Assembly: GCF_000341395.1 (NCBI RefSeq)
Contig: NC_020304.1
Span: 1,290,001 to 1,322,000, forward strand
Length of the DNA stretch: 32,000 bases
Direction: 5' to 3'
DNA from: Desulfocapsa sulfexigens DSM 10523
GTDB taxonomy: Bacteria; Desulfobacterota; Desulfobulbia; Desulfobulbales; Desulfocapsaceae
The notes under the pieces are model-generated. The model made no database searches. It was given only the letters and a program-made list of their open reading frames with translations, and had not been told where the DNA came from. The position numbers and the translations under genes are program-made. Below are positions 1-9,922 of the stretch, one piece after another (positions within the stretch are counted from its first letter, which is position 1; every line of letters begins with the position of its first letter).

Positions 1-1677
1 GATGACGTTCTGATTGAACAGGTACGGAAGTTCTACTGTCAGCAGGAGAATGAACCCTATGAAGAGATCACAAATTCGAGTGACGATTCACGTGCACGTC
101 GTATCACAGCCTATCTGAATCTTGTTGACCGATTGGTACGACGGCAGGTGGAAGAGTTGCAACGCTCGCCTTTTGAAAAGGAGAGTGAGATCACCAAGTA
201 CTACGAGATGCTTCCGGACGATTCTCCTCTGAAAAACGAATACGCTGAAATGCTGGCAACTGCTGATCAATCAAAAAAGAGTGCTTTACAGGAAATACTT
301 CGAACGAAGGCTGTTCCAGGCAGTATCGATGTAAATATCATGACCAAACTTGATCGTGACAGGTATAACAAAGGAGAAAAGTTGTCGCCGATCTACGCCG
401 ATGCAATGAGTGCTCTGCGAGGTTTTGCAGAAAGCACTCTGAATTCTTCAATGGTTTTTTCGGCAGGGATTAATAAACGATTATATCGTTATATGACAGA
501 GTTCAAGGATTTTTTTCCCAACGCAAATGGTGAGATGAAAAAGAAAATTATCCTGAAAGTAAGTGATCATCGATCATCGGAGATTCAGGGTCGTTTTCTC
601 GCAAAATTAGGCTTATGGGCCTCTGAGTTTCGTATTGAATCAGGCTTGAACTGTGGAGGGCATGCCTTTGCGTCTAAGGGGTTTCTACTTGGTGTGGTCC
701 TCGAAGAGTTCAAAAGGAAAAAAGCTGAGTTACTCAAAAAACTTATCCCCATGTATGCAAAGGGTTTGTCAGAGCAGGGAGCGTGTGACGCCAGACTTCC
801 GGACGACTTTCGGATTACGGTTCAAGGGGGTGTGGGGACAGCGGATGAACATCAATTTCTTCTGAAATATTATGGGGTAAACAGCGTTGGCTGGGGCACT
901 CCTTTTATGCTTGTGCCAGAAGCAACCCATATGGATGACGTGAATATTAAACGCCTCATGAATGCCTCGGATGATGATGTTTATCTCAGCGATGCCTCTC
1001 CATTGGGAATTCCTTTCTGGAATTTACGGAGTTCCACCAGTGAAGACAAACGACGTGAACGGATAGAAAAAGGAAAACCTGGTTCTTCCTGCCCGAAGGG
1101 ATTTGTCGGTTTTAATACAGAATTCACCAAGATGCCTATTTGTGTAGCTTCCCGCGCTTATATAAACAAAAAACTCAAGCTTCTTGCAAAGGAAAGCCAT
1201 CCTCCAAAGGCTCTTGATATTATAAAAGAGAGGATACTCGCGAAGGCCTGTATTTGTCACGAACTTGGTGGCAACGCAACTGTTCCTCTTGGTATTGATC
1301 CAGAGGCAGATTCCACGGTCTGCTGCGGGCCTGGGATTGTTGATTTTTGCAAAATTGCAACGCTTCGGGAGATGCTTGATCATATTTATGGACGTTTTTC
1401 ATTGCTGAAATCGAGTGATCGTCCGCATATGTTTGTAAAAGAACTTGGTTTGTATATTGACTATCTTCGTAAAGAAATAGACAACTTTCCGGTGGGACTT
1501 GCAGTGAATAGTGCTTCCTTTCTGGAGGGAATGAGGGAAAATTTGTTTAAGGGTATCGAATATTACCAGGCACTTTCGAGTGAGCTTGTTGAAGATTCCC
1601 AGGAGAAATTTTTGGCGGGATTGAAGAACATGAAAAAAGCCCTCGAACCGTTGTCACTTGACAAGGCGGAGCTGTAA
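1..1677 (+). CDS. Conserved uncharacterised protein, 5'-truncated by the window edge; cysteine-rich C-terminal half (CICH, CCGPGIVDFC)
   Basis: The ORF track starts at TTG 133, but frame 1 is open to base 1 (DDVLIEQVRKFYCQQENEPYEEITNSSDD...). Continuous coding to a stop at 1677. Motifs include ESGLNCGGHAFASKGFLLG and GGVGTADEHQFLLKYYGVNSVGWGTPF. Confidence 0.85.
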   Translation, partial: DDVLIEQVRKFYCQQENEPYEEITNSSDDSRARRITAYLNLVDRLVRRQVEELQRSPFEKESEITKYYEMLPDDSPLKNEYAEMLATADQSKKSALQEILRTKAVPGSIDVNIMTKLDRDRYNKGEKLSPIYADAMSALRGFAESTLNSSMVFSAGINKRLYRYMTEFKDFFPNANGEMKKKIILKVSDHRSSEIQGRFLAKLGLWASEFRIESGLNCGGHAFASKGFLLGVVLEEFKRKKAELLKKLIPMYAKGLSEQGACDARLPDDFRITVQGGVGTADEHQFLLKYYGVNSVGWGTPFMLVPEATHMDDVNIKRLMNASDDDVYLSDASPLGIPFWNLRSSTSEDKRRERIEKGKPGSSCPKGFVGFNTEFTKMPICVASRAYINKKLKLLAKESHPPKALDIIKERILAKACICHELGGNATVPLGIDPEADSTVCCGPGIVDFCKIATLREMLDHIYGRFSLLKSSDRPHMFVKELGLYIDYLRKEIDNFPVGLAVNSASFLEGMRENLFKGIEYYQALSSELVEDSQEKFLAGLKNMKKALEPLSLDKAEL

Positions 1678-1747
1678 TTGCTGCGAACAGGGGTAAAGCT
1701 GATTTCTTCTTCTGCACTCCTGTTTCAGGTAACTTCAATATTTTCTA

Positions 1748-2266
1748 TTATTTGTTTCTCTTCACCCATACCTTTTCCGTCCTGGAAACAGTTTCCTGTT
1801 GAACGGGTCTTTTTTTGTAGAGAGAAAGGCCCTGGAGAAAATGACGCAGAAACTGATCGCCGCATGCTTTGTAGTGTTTGTGGCTCTTTCTTCTGAAAAA
1901 GGCTGAGAGTTCAGACTTGGAAATTTCCATTTCAGATAGTTTGAATATCTCCAGCATATCGCTATCCTGATACATGAGTGCAATCCGGATTTTTCGTAAC
2001 ACATCGTTATTCGTTATTTTTACCGGTCCGGACTGGATAGCTTCTTTTTTTAATTCCCCTCTGTAGTAAATGATCAGGCCGTCGAGAAATGTGCCAAGCA
2101 GTGCCTGAGAACAAAGGACAAACTCCTTATCATCTTCTTTTTTGAGTAGAGTATGAAGGTGAATTTCAGGTATATTGTGTCCGGGAGCGTGAAATATCTC
2201 TATCATATCCTTGTCCTTGAGGTCGAGGCTATAACGGATTTTTCGAAGTATGTCGTTGGCAATCAC
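1748..2266 (-). CDS. DUF1456 family protein (YehS-like)
   Basis: 172 aa with an internally duplicated motif, NDILRKIRYSLDLKDKDMIEIF and NDVLRKIRIALMYQDSDMLEIF, plus LLKKEDDKEFVLCSQ, characteristic of DUF1456. Confidence 0.85.
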   Translation of the reverse strand: MIANDILRKIRYSLDLKDKDMIEIFHAPGHNIPEIHLHTLLKKEDDKEFVLCSQALLGTFLDGLIIYYRGELKKEAIQSGPVKITNNDVLRKIRIALMYQDSDMLEIFKLSEMEISKSELSAFFRRKSHKHYKACGDQFLRHFLQGLSLYKKRPVQQETVSRTEKVWVKRNK

Positions 2267-2304
2267 TTGATTTGTGAGAAGAGTTGAGTTGCTTTAAGGG
2301 GAAG

Positions 2305-2339
2305 GATGGCAGTCATTATAAAAAGCGATAACTGCCATC
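2305..2339. repeat. Short inverted repeat just downstream of aspS (possible minus-strand terminator or processing hairpin)
   Basis: GATGGCAGT ... ACTGCCATC, 9 bp perfect arms with a 17 nt loop. There is no clear U tract. Confidence 0.45.
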
Positions 2340-2358
2340 AAATTACGAAATAAGAAGA

Positions 2359-4146
2359 TCAGGATTCTTTCCAGTCAGGACGCAGGTGCAGCTCGGTGAG
2401 CTGTTTTCTCGAAACCCCAGCAGGAGCCTCGGTAAGAGGGCATGTCGCACGCTGAGTCTTTGGGAAGGCAATAACGTCACGAATGGAGTCGCTGCCGGTG
2501 ATGATCATCAGGAGACGATCCAGGCCGAAGGCCAGGCCGCCATGGGGGGGGGCTCCAAGCTCAAGGGCACGAAGAAGGAAACCGAACTTGTCGTTGGCCT
2601 CTTCCTCTCCGATATTAAGGGCTTTTAACACTTGTGCCTGAATATCACGCTGGTGGATGCGGATGGAGCCACCACCAATTTCAGTACCATTCAGAACCAG
2701 ATCGTAGGCCTGAGAGTATACCGAACCGGGATCACTTTCCAGCTTCCCAAGATCCTCTTCCCTGGGGGCCGTGAAGGGGTGATGGAGTGCCTGAAAACGT
2801 TTTTTGTTATCATCGTATTCCATCAGGGGGAAGTCCGTTACCCATACGAAATTAAAGCTCTTTTTATCCAGTAATTCAAGGATACGCGCTATTTCCAGTC
2901 TCAGTTCTCCAAGTACCGTTAAGACTACGGAGGTTTTATCGGCACCAAAGAAAAGGAGGTCGCCTTCTTCGGCATCAAGGGCTTTGGTCATGGCAGCGCG
3001 CTCTTCATCGCTGAAGAACTTGGCAATGGGTGACTGCCATTCACCGTTAGCTTTCATTTTGACCCAGGCGAGTCCCTTCGCTCCGAATTGAGCCACATAT
3101 TCGGTGAGGGTATCAAGGACTTTCCGGGAAAAAGTGGCACAGCCCTTTGCGTTGATGGCACGGACGGTTCCTGCACCATCTGCCATGGAACGAAAAACCT
3201 TAAATGAACAGGTTTTGGCGATCTCAGTGAGATCCACAAGTTCAAACCCGAAACGGGTGTCGGGCCGATCGGTACCAAAACGATTCATGGCATCATCGTA
3301 ACTGATTCGCTTAAATGGTGGAGCAACATCAATGTCCAGTGTGTCCTTAAAGAGCTTGGAAATCATCCCTTCGGTGATCTCAATGATCTGTTCCTCATCC
3401 ATAAAGGAAAGTTCCATATCAATCTGGGTGAATTCTGGCTGGCGGTCAGCACGCAAATCCTCATCACGAAAACATTTGACGATCTGATAGTAGCGATCCA
3501 TGCCACCAATCATCAGCAGCTGTTTGAAGAGTTGGGGAGATTGGGGCAGAGCGTAGAATTTCCCGGCGTTAACGCGGCTTGGCACCAGATAATCACGTGC
3601 CCCCTCAGGGGTTGAGCGGGTGAGCATGGGTGTTTCCACTTCCAGAAAATCATTGTCGTTCAGATAGGTGCGGATGGATTGCACGGCCTTGTGGCGCTGA
3701 TACAGTTTGGCTGCCATCTCGGGCCGTCTGAGATCCATATAACGATACTGGAGACGGATATTGTCAGAGATCTCACTTTCTTCATCGAGCGGAAAAGGTG
3801 GTGTTTCTGAGGTGTTCAGAATGCGAAGCTCGTCGATGAAAACTTCGATTTCCCCAGTGTCAAGCTTGGTGTTTGCCATGCCTTCAAGTCTGGCTTCAAC
3901 TTTACCGCGAACAGCAATGACCCACTCGCTTCGAAGCATATGGGCCTTATTGTGGACCTCAGGGTTTACTTCGGGGTTGAAAACAATCTGGGTGAGACCG
4001 TGTCGGTCGCGGAGGTCGATAAAAATAACTCCACCGTGGTCACGCCTGCGCAATACCCAGCCCATAAGGGTGATTTCTTTGCCGATATCGGCACTCGTAA
4101 GATCGTTGCAGGAGTGGGTCCTGCGTAAATTTCCCATAGATTCCAT
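2359..4146 (-). CDS. aspS: Aspartate--tRNA ligase
   Basis: Class II aaRS hallmarks: GWVLRRRDHGGVIFIDLRDRHG, QYRYMDLRRPEM, TPEGARDYLVPSR, FPLMEYDDNKKRFQALHHPFTAP, GLAFGLDRLLMI. Start chosen at an internal Met; the ORF is open to 4191. Confidence 0.97.
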   Translation of the reverse strand: MESMGNLRRTHSCNDLTSADIGKEITLMGWVLRRRDHGGVIFIDLRDRHGLTQIVFNPEVNPEVHNKAHMLRSEWVIAVRGKVEARLEGMANTKLDTGEIEVFIDELRILNTSETPPFPLDEESEISDNIRLQYRYMDLRRPEMAAKLYQRHKAVQSIRTYLNDNDFLEVETPMLTRSTPEGARDYLVPSRVNAGKFYALPQSPQLFKQLLMIGGMDRYYQIVKCFRDEDLRADRQPEFTQIDMELSFMDEEQIIEITEGMISKLFKDTLDIDVAPPFKRISYDDAMNRFGTDRPDTRFGFELVDLTEIAKTCSFKVFRSMADGAGTVRAINAKGCATFSRKVLDTLTEYVAQFGAKGLAWVKMKANGEWQSPIAKFFSDEERAAMTKALDAEEGDLLFFGADKTSVVLTVLGELRLEIARILELLDKKSFNFVWVTDFPLMEYDDNKKRFQALHHPFTAPREEDLGKLESDPGSVYSQAYDLVLNGTEIGGGSIRIHQRDIQAQVLKALNIGEEEANDKFGFLLRALELGAPPHGGLAFGLDRLLMIITGSDSIRDVIAFPKTQRATCPLTEAPAGVSRKQLTELHLRPDWKES

Positions 4147-4240
4147 AATTTTACTATGGAAAAGCCTTGCAGTGCTGCAAAGCATCTCCATTCCGTGTTA
4201 ATTGATTAGTGTTATTAAAATGTATATGATATTAAAATTT

Positions 4241-5533
4241 CTACGCTGCCAGATCGGTACTTTTATGAGTAGCAACATGTGGATGAAATATTTCCTTTAA
4301 ATTGTCAATGAGTACATTGAAAGCAATATCCTGCTGCTCCTGATTTTCCATATTTCTCAGTACGGCATGACCTTTCTCGAGTTCATCCTCACCGATAATG
4401 AGAACATACCGGGCCTGTGCCTTGTGTGCCTGCTTCATCTGGCTTTTCAGGCTGCGACCCTCATGATCCATGGCGACCAGAAAGCTTTTCCGGCGCAGAT
4501 TGTGGGTCAGAGAAAAGGAGAACTCCGATGCTTTTTCACCGAGTCCAGCAACGAATATATCTATTGGGGTACTTTCAGGAATTTCTTCTTTCTGCTGTAA
4601 AAGCAGTGTCAATCGTTCCATGCCAATGGCAAAACCAATACCGGGAACCTTAGGGCCACCGAGTTTTTCAATCAGGCCATCATAGCGGCCACCGGCACAG
4701 ACTGCTGCCTGAGCACCAAGATCTTCAGTGGTAAATTCGAAGGTCGTACGGGTGTAGTAATCAAGCCCCCGAACCATAAATTTATTCAGATTAAATTCAA
4801 TATCAAGCTGCTGCAATGCATTCTGAACCGTGGTAAAATGTTCAGCACACTCATCGCAGAGATGGTCCAGGATCGATGGCGCTTCTTCAACCTGTTCCCT
4901 GCATCCAGGCATTTTACAATCCAGTACTCGCAGTGGGTTGGTTTTGCTGCGCCTTGTGCAGTCTTCACATAAATTATCCCCTCGATCTTCGATAAAGGCA
5001 AGCAGGGCCTTTCGAAACCCAGGACGGCAGACTGGACAGCCAAGGGAATTGATCTCAAGGCTAACATGTATGCCAAGTTCTTCAAACAGCATGGCTCCCA
5101 TGGCCATAAGTTCGGCATCAACCCTGGGGTTGGGTGTTCCGAGTACTTCAACATCCATCTGGTGAAACTGGCGTAAACGGCCCTTTTGAGGACGTTCGTG
5201 GCGAAACATGGGGCCAATGGTGAACAATCTCTGAATAGGTTTCTGGACATGCAGGCCATGCTGGATATATGCTCGAAGCAGCGATGCTGTGGCCTCGGGG
5301 CGCATGGTAATCTGTTTGTCGACAAAGGTGTACATCTCTTTTTCCACGATATCAGTGGCCTCACCAATGGAACGGGCAAAAAGCTCTGTCTTTTCCAGTA
5401 TTGGTGTCCGGATTTCCGAGAAGTTGAAGCGGGCAAAAACATTTCGGGCACTGTTTTCTACCTTACGCCATAACACTACTTCGTCGGGTACGATGTCTTT
5501 AAAGCCGTTGAGGGCCGATATCTTCACTGCCAT
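4241..5533 (-). CDS. hisS: Histidine--tRNA ligase
   Basis: MAVKISALNGFKDIVPDE; motif 2 MFRHERPQKGRLRQFHQMDVE; RGLDYYTRTTFEF; AAVCAGGRYDGLI. Confidence 0.98.
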   Translation of the reverse strand: MAVKISALNGFKDIVPDEVVLWRKVENSARNVFARFNFSEIRTPILEKTELFARSIGEATDIVEKEMYTFVDKQITMRPEATASLLRAYIQHGLHVQKPIQRLFTIGPMFRHERPQKGRLRQFHQMDVEVLGTPNPRVDAELMAMGAMLFEELGIHVSLEINSLGCPVCRPGFRKALLAFIEDRGDNLCEDCTRRSKTNPLRVLDCKMPGCREQVEEAPSILDHLCDECAEHFTTVQNALQQLDIEFNLNKFMVRGLDYYTRTTFEFTTEDLGAQAAVCAGGRYDGLIEKLGGPKVPGIGFAIGMERLTLLLQQKEEIPESTPIDIFVAGLGEKASEFSFSLTHNLRRKSFLVAMDHEGRSLKSQMKQAHKAQARYVLIIGEDELEKGHAVLRNMENQEQQDIAFNVLIDNLKEIFHPHVATHKSTDLAA

Positions 5534-5778
5534 TCCTCCAGAAAAAGTCCATATAAAAAAGAATGAAATAAAACGTAATTACAGCAAAATGTCAAGGATA
5601 TGCGGGCAAGGCAGGGAAAATCGCACCTTCCAGGGTGCATTAGCTTTATTAAATACTAAACATGAGAATCCAAATTGACACTGACCGATTTGGTGATCCA
5701 GCCATGCTGCTTGACAAACCGTGGGAAGCAAGTCATTATCATTTGCTTCATGTCGAGTAGTATAAAGATAATTCAGAG

Positions 5779-7134
5779 ATGGAATTCACCCTGCCAATGA
5801 CTTTTTCCAGCGAACCAAGAATCATCACCACTGATAATCATCCTATCCGTCACCATATGATAGACAGGGATGCCATGAAAGTACTCCATGTCCTGCGTGA
5901 CAATGGCTATGCCGGTTACCTGGTTGGGGGAGGAGTCAGAGATCTCTATCTAGGGATGACACCGAAAGATTTTGATATCTCAACGGATGCCAGGCCCGGA
6001 CAGATTCGTAAACTTTTTCGCAACAGTCGTACCATAGGCAGACGTTTTCGTCTGGTGCAGGTATTTTTTGGCGGCAAGGAAATTGAGGTTTCAACACTTC
6101 GTTCATTGAGTGAGTATGATCTGGATGGTCCTGACGCGGTACTTGCACCAAATAATACCTATGGGAGTCTTGGAGAAGATGCCCAGCGTCGTGATCTTAC
6201 AGTGAATGGGCTGTTTTATGAGATTGAGGGCAATACTATTATCGATTATGTGGGTGGCATTGAAGACCTGGACAAATCCGTCGTTCGATTCGTGGGCGAG
6301 CCAGAGCGTCGCATAACGAGAGATCCGGTGCGTATGTTGCGGGCAATCAGGCATGCGGGAAGACTGGGATTCAGTATTGCCCCGGAAAGTTGGGAGGCAA
6401 TCTGTTCCCATCATGAAAAACTTCCTCTATGTCCACCGTCACGAATTCGAGACGAGTTTTTTAAAGATCTGCACAGCGGTTCATTTACGGTATGGCTGAA
6501 ACTTGCCCTGGATTCCGAGCTGTTTTTTGATATCCTTGCTCTGTATAAACAAGCGCTTTCTAAAAAGGAAAAGGTGGATGAACGACCCTACCGTGAACAG
6601 TTAATTGCTCTTGCAAAGGTCATTGACAGGAGCTCTACGCTGGCAAAGGAATCGGAAAAACGAGGACTGAACAGTGATTTTCTGCTGGCTTTGGTGCTTG
6701 TTCCCTGGGCTAATTCAAAATTTGATCTTGTTCATCAGCAGTTAAAAGGTGCCGCCGCATTCAGGTTTTCAAAAATTCTCCGCGAAGCGCTGGACAGGGA
6801 ATTGGGGGTGCAATTGAATCTGCGTCGTTCCATTCGTCAGCAGATGGTGACATTGCTCTCTAATTTACCCCAGTTTCTTCGGTACAGAGAGGATAACTCA
6901 TGGCCAAGATGGATAAAAAAGAAGAGCTATTATAAGTCCTGCGCTCTGTTTTGTGAGTTGTACTCTGAGTCCCTCACCGGTGATAAGGCAGAGCTTAATC
7001 TGTCATCTTTGCCGCAGGAGTCTTCCCGCTCTGAGAAGCCAAAAACTCCTTCTTCCAACCAGGGACGAAGGAGAAAATCGTATAATCCTGCATTTTCTTC
7101 AAGCAAGAAAGGTGTTTTTGGCTTTAAGAAGTGA
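5779..7134 (+). CDS. pcnB: Poly(A) polymerase / polynucleotide adenylyltransferase PcnB
   Basis: GYLVGGGVRDLYLGMTPKDFDISTDARPGQIRKLFRNSRTIGRRFRLVQVFF; RRDLTVNGLFYE; basic, low-complexity C-terminal tail, typical of PcnB rather than a CCA transferase. Confidence 0.92.
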   Translation: MEFTLPMTFSSEPRIITTDNHPIRHHMIDRDAMKVLHVLRDNGYAGYLVGGGVRDLYLGMTPKDFDISTDARPGQIRKLFRNSRTIGRRFRLVQVFFGGKEIEVSTLRSLSEYDLDGPDAVLAPNNTYGSLGEDAQRRDLTVNGLFYEIEGNTIIDYVGGIEDLDKSVVRFVGEPERRITRDPVRMLRAIRHAGRLGFSIAPESWEAICSHHEKLPLCPPSRIRDEFFKDLHSGSFTVWLKLALDSELFFDILALYKQALSKKEKVDERPYREQLIALAKVIDRSSTLAKESEKRGLNSDFLLALVLVPWANSKFDLVHQQLKGAAAFRFSKILREALDRELGVQLNLRRSIRQQMVTLLSNLPQFLRYREDNSWPRWIKKKSYYKSCALFCELYSESLTGDKAELNLSSLPQESSRSEKPKTPSSNQGRRRKSYNPAFSSSKKGVFGFKK

Positions 7135-7149
7135 TGTCTATCTTCCTTT

Positions 7150-9585
7150 TCAGACCACTCCCTTGCTCTTCAGGAATGGTGCGTATTTAGCGTCAGTTTT
7201 CTTGATGTGGTTGATCAGCCAATCTTTTAGGAATTCCATCAATTCAAGCGAAATATCAGCCTCTCCTGCCTTGTAATCTTTTTGGAACTTAAGTAACTGG
7301 TCTACCAGCTTGGCGTGTATTTCCTTATGTTTGTCTGTCTCCTCATATCGGTGTTGAGCAAAGAACTCCTCTTCAGTTTTAAAATGGGTTGCGGTGTAGT
7401 CAATTAACTTGCCGAGTACACTGCCGACAGCATTCTGGGGAGCGTTGCTGTTCATTTTCTGGTGCAGCTCATTGATGAGGTTAACAAGAACTTTGTGTTG
7501 CTCGTCGATACTTTTAATGTCAAGGGCGAGTGATGGGCTCCAGCGTAGTAATGGACCGGAGGTGAAAACAGTCTGGCGCTGCTTGTGGCTGCCTGCTGTA
7601 TCCCCAAGGTTGAATCGATTTGTTTCCCGACTGATGGTGTCTGCAATTTCTTTTAGATTTTCGGCACTTTCCTGTAAACGGAGACTTCCTTCCCGTGCCT
7701 CCTTTGACACCTGGCTGACAGCGACAATATCCCTGGCAATTTCGCCGGAAACCATGGACGCCTGGGAGACATTTTCGTTTACCTCGCTGATTCCATTTGC
7801 CGCATCATTTACATTTCCTGATATATCAGAGGCTGTGACAGACTGTTCTTCCACCGCGGAGGCTATTGTTGAGACTATATCGTTCACACTGTTTATCACT
7901 TTGCTGATTTCGCTGATCTCGGTCACTGTTTCATCGGTGGACGATTGGATTGATTCAATTTTATTTTTGATCTCACCGGTGGCTTTTGCTGTCTGTTTGG
8001 CAAGTTCTTTGATTTCATTGGCAACAACGGCAAACCCCTTGCCGGCTTCTCCGGCTCTCGCCGCCTCGATGGTAGCGTTGAGGGCCAGGAGGTTGGTTTG
8101 TTCTGAAATTTCGGTTATTACTTCGGTAACTTTGCTGATTTCCCTGGCTGCTGCACCAAGGGTGTTGACCTTTTCAGATGAGCTTTTTGCGTAATTTACT
8201 GCCTCTCCTGTCATGGAGTTTGCGCGTTCAGTATTTTCAGCAATTTCCTGGATAGCTGCAGACATTTCTTCCATGGCATTGGCCATCACATTTACGTTCT
8301 GAGCGGCCTGTTCACTGGCCATGGTTACTGTACCCATATTGGCACTCATTTCCTCAGTCGCAGCTGCCACTGTGTCCGCTTTGGCGGCGGACTGTTCTGC
8401 CCCCCCTGTCAGGTCTTCAGCAGCCAGCGCAAGTTCCGTAGAGGTGGCGGTAAGAGCACGGCCTTCGGCTACGATATTGCCAATCAGGTTGCGGAGATTT
8501 ACGGTCATATCCTGGAGTGCTGCCTGGAGACTACCGGGAACAGATCTTCCAGTTTCTTGGTCACTTAAATCACCACCAGCAATACGTCTTGCAAGCTGTA
8601 CCATGGCCTCAGGTTCCCCTCCCAGAAGCTTGAGAATGGAATTGGCGTTGAGGAACAGGATCGTTATGAGCAGTGCAAAACCGACAATGGAGCCAATGGT
8701 AAAAAGAGTTCGTGTTCGGGCACTTAAACTGTCGCTTGTTGCTGTGATGTCAGCAATAGTCTTTCCAGAGTTTTCAGTTATTTTATTTTTAACTTGAGTT
8801 ATGACCTGCAGGAGTTCGTCGCCGATAGCTTTGGAGTCTCTGCCAAGAATGGAATCAATCTGCTTGGTGTTTTGTGCAATCAGATCATTAAATTCCTCTT
8901 TTAATTCCTCAGCTTCTTCACGTGCCTGGGTCATATTAATGGCAAGGCTGACACTTCCGGCAAGGTCATTATTAGATTTGATTTCCTGGGTGAGAGTGAG
9001 AACGTTGGGATCATCCTGGCCTGCCTGAATGATTTTGGCAATGTCCGGTCGTCCTTCCGGGAGCAGAGATTTTAATTTTTCATTGGCCCTGTTTATATAG
9101 CGGGTGAGAGGGGTGCCATCTTTATCCCGGTAGAAGATAAAGAGTACATCGGGATTGCGATGGGCACTCCGTACATAGCTGTTTAGCGTAGCAAAGTCTT
9201 TGGATATTACGCTGTTTGTTGCAACAAGTGCCATAAGCTGAACCAGGTCGTTGCCACTTTGTCGGCGTATGGTGCGGAGGCTTTGCTGTACTGAAGTTGC
9301 AGTGTTGTCAAGCGCTTCGGTTGAAGAGGCAGCCAGAGTACGTGATGTCTCAGTTTGCATGGATTTAAGGTTACTGTCGAGTTGTGATGACAGTTTGCTC
9401 AGGTCTTCACCGATGGTGTTTTGAATTGTCTCAAAGGAATCGACAACTTTTGTGTTGAGTTGGGTACTGCTGCTGTTCTGGCTGAGTACCGTGAAGATGA
9501 TTGCGCTTCCTATCATGACGAGAAGGGCAATAGCAATTGGGGCAATAAGCTTAAAGCGGAAACTTTTTACCATGGAATTTTGCAT
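7150..9585 (-). CDS. Methyl-accepting chemotaxis protein with C-terminal bacteriohemerythrin domain
   Basis: N-terminal TM, large periplasmic region, second TM, HAMP, MCP signalling core ([41 protein letters not shown]), then a hemerythrin diiron motif: [56 protein letters not shown]. Confidence 0.96.
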   Translation of the reverse strand: MQNSMVKSFRFKLIAPIAIALLVMIGSAIIFTVLSQNSSSTQLNTKVVDSFETIQNTIGEDLSKLSSQLDSNLKSMQTETSRTLAASSTEALDNTATSVQQSLRTIRRQSGNDLVQLMALVATNSVISKDFATLNSYVRSAHRNPDVLFIFYRDKDGTPLTRYINRANEKLKSLLPEGRPDIAKIIQAGQDDPNVLTLTQEIKSNNDLAGSVSLAINMTQAREEAEELKEEFNDLIAQNTKQIDSILGRDSKAIGDELLQVITQVKNKITENSGKTIADITATSDSLSARTRTLFTIGSIVGFALLITILFLNANSILKLLGGEPEAMVQLARRIAGGDLSDQETGRSVPGSLQAALQDMTVNLRNLIGNIVAEGRALTATSTELALAAEDLTGGAEQSAAKADTVAAATEEMSANMGTVTMASEQAAQNVNVMANAMEEMSAAIQEIAENTERANSMTGEAVNYAKSSSEKVNTLGAAAREISKVTEVITEISEQTNLLALNATIEAARAGEAGKGFAVVANEIKELAKQTAKATGEIKNKIESIQSSTDETVTEISEISKVINSVNDIVSTIASAVEEQSVTASDISGNVNDAANGISEVNENVSQASMVSGEIARDIVAVSQVSKEAREGSLRLQESAENLKEIADTISRETNRFNLGDTAGSHKQRQTVFTSGPLLRWSPSLALDIKSIDEQHKVLVNLINELHQKMNSNAPQNAVGSVLGKLIDYTATHFKTEEEFFAQHRYEETDKHKEIHAKLVDQLLKFQKDYKAGEADISLELMEFLKDWLINHIKKTDAKYAPFLKSKGVV

Positions 9586-9769
9586 TCTGATTCTCCTGAC
9601 TGGTTTGTTTATAAATAATCACCATCAAATGTATCACGAAGTAACAGAAGAATGAATTATTTTTTTGCGAAAAAAAAGAAACAATCAATTTAAGTATTTA
9701 ATGGAATTTTTGTATCAATTATATTGATATTTTATCCTATAACTACTGTCTTTACTGAACCCTTTTCTT

Positions 9770-9797
9770 TTGACATAAGAATCGTGAAACGTATACA
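9770..9797 (+). promoter_or_regulatory. Candidate sigma70-type promoter for the hydrogenase cluster
   Basis: TTGACA - 16 nt - TATACA, ~125 bp upstream of the likely small-subunit start. Sequence match only. Confidence 0.45.
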
Positions 9798-9832
9798 GTT
9801 TGTTATATGGTTTGTGCAGTCTGCGTATTGCC

Positions 9833-9861
9833 TGAGTTGGAAAAGCCCCCTTTGCAACTCA
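9833..9861 (+). promoter_or_regulatory. Hairpin in the 5' leader of the hydrogenase cluster (possible operator or leader structure)
   Basis: TGAGTTG...CAACTCA, 7 bp perfect arms with an internal AAAG/CTTT pairing; lies between the candidate promoter and the start codon. Confidence 0.4.
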
Positions 9862-9922
9862 AGAATACTGCGGAGAACAATCGTTCATGATTCACCACAG
9901 GGGTATGTTGAAGGAGAAGACA

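Noticed and set aside
4786-5451. 221 aa minus-strand ORF within hisS
   Set aside because: Alternate-frame shadow of a strongly supported hisS reading frame.
7409-8194. 261 aa antisense ORF within the MCP-hemerythrin gene
   Set aside because: Low-complexity Ser/Ala/Leu translation typical of the antisense of an MCP coiled-coil signalling region.
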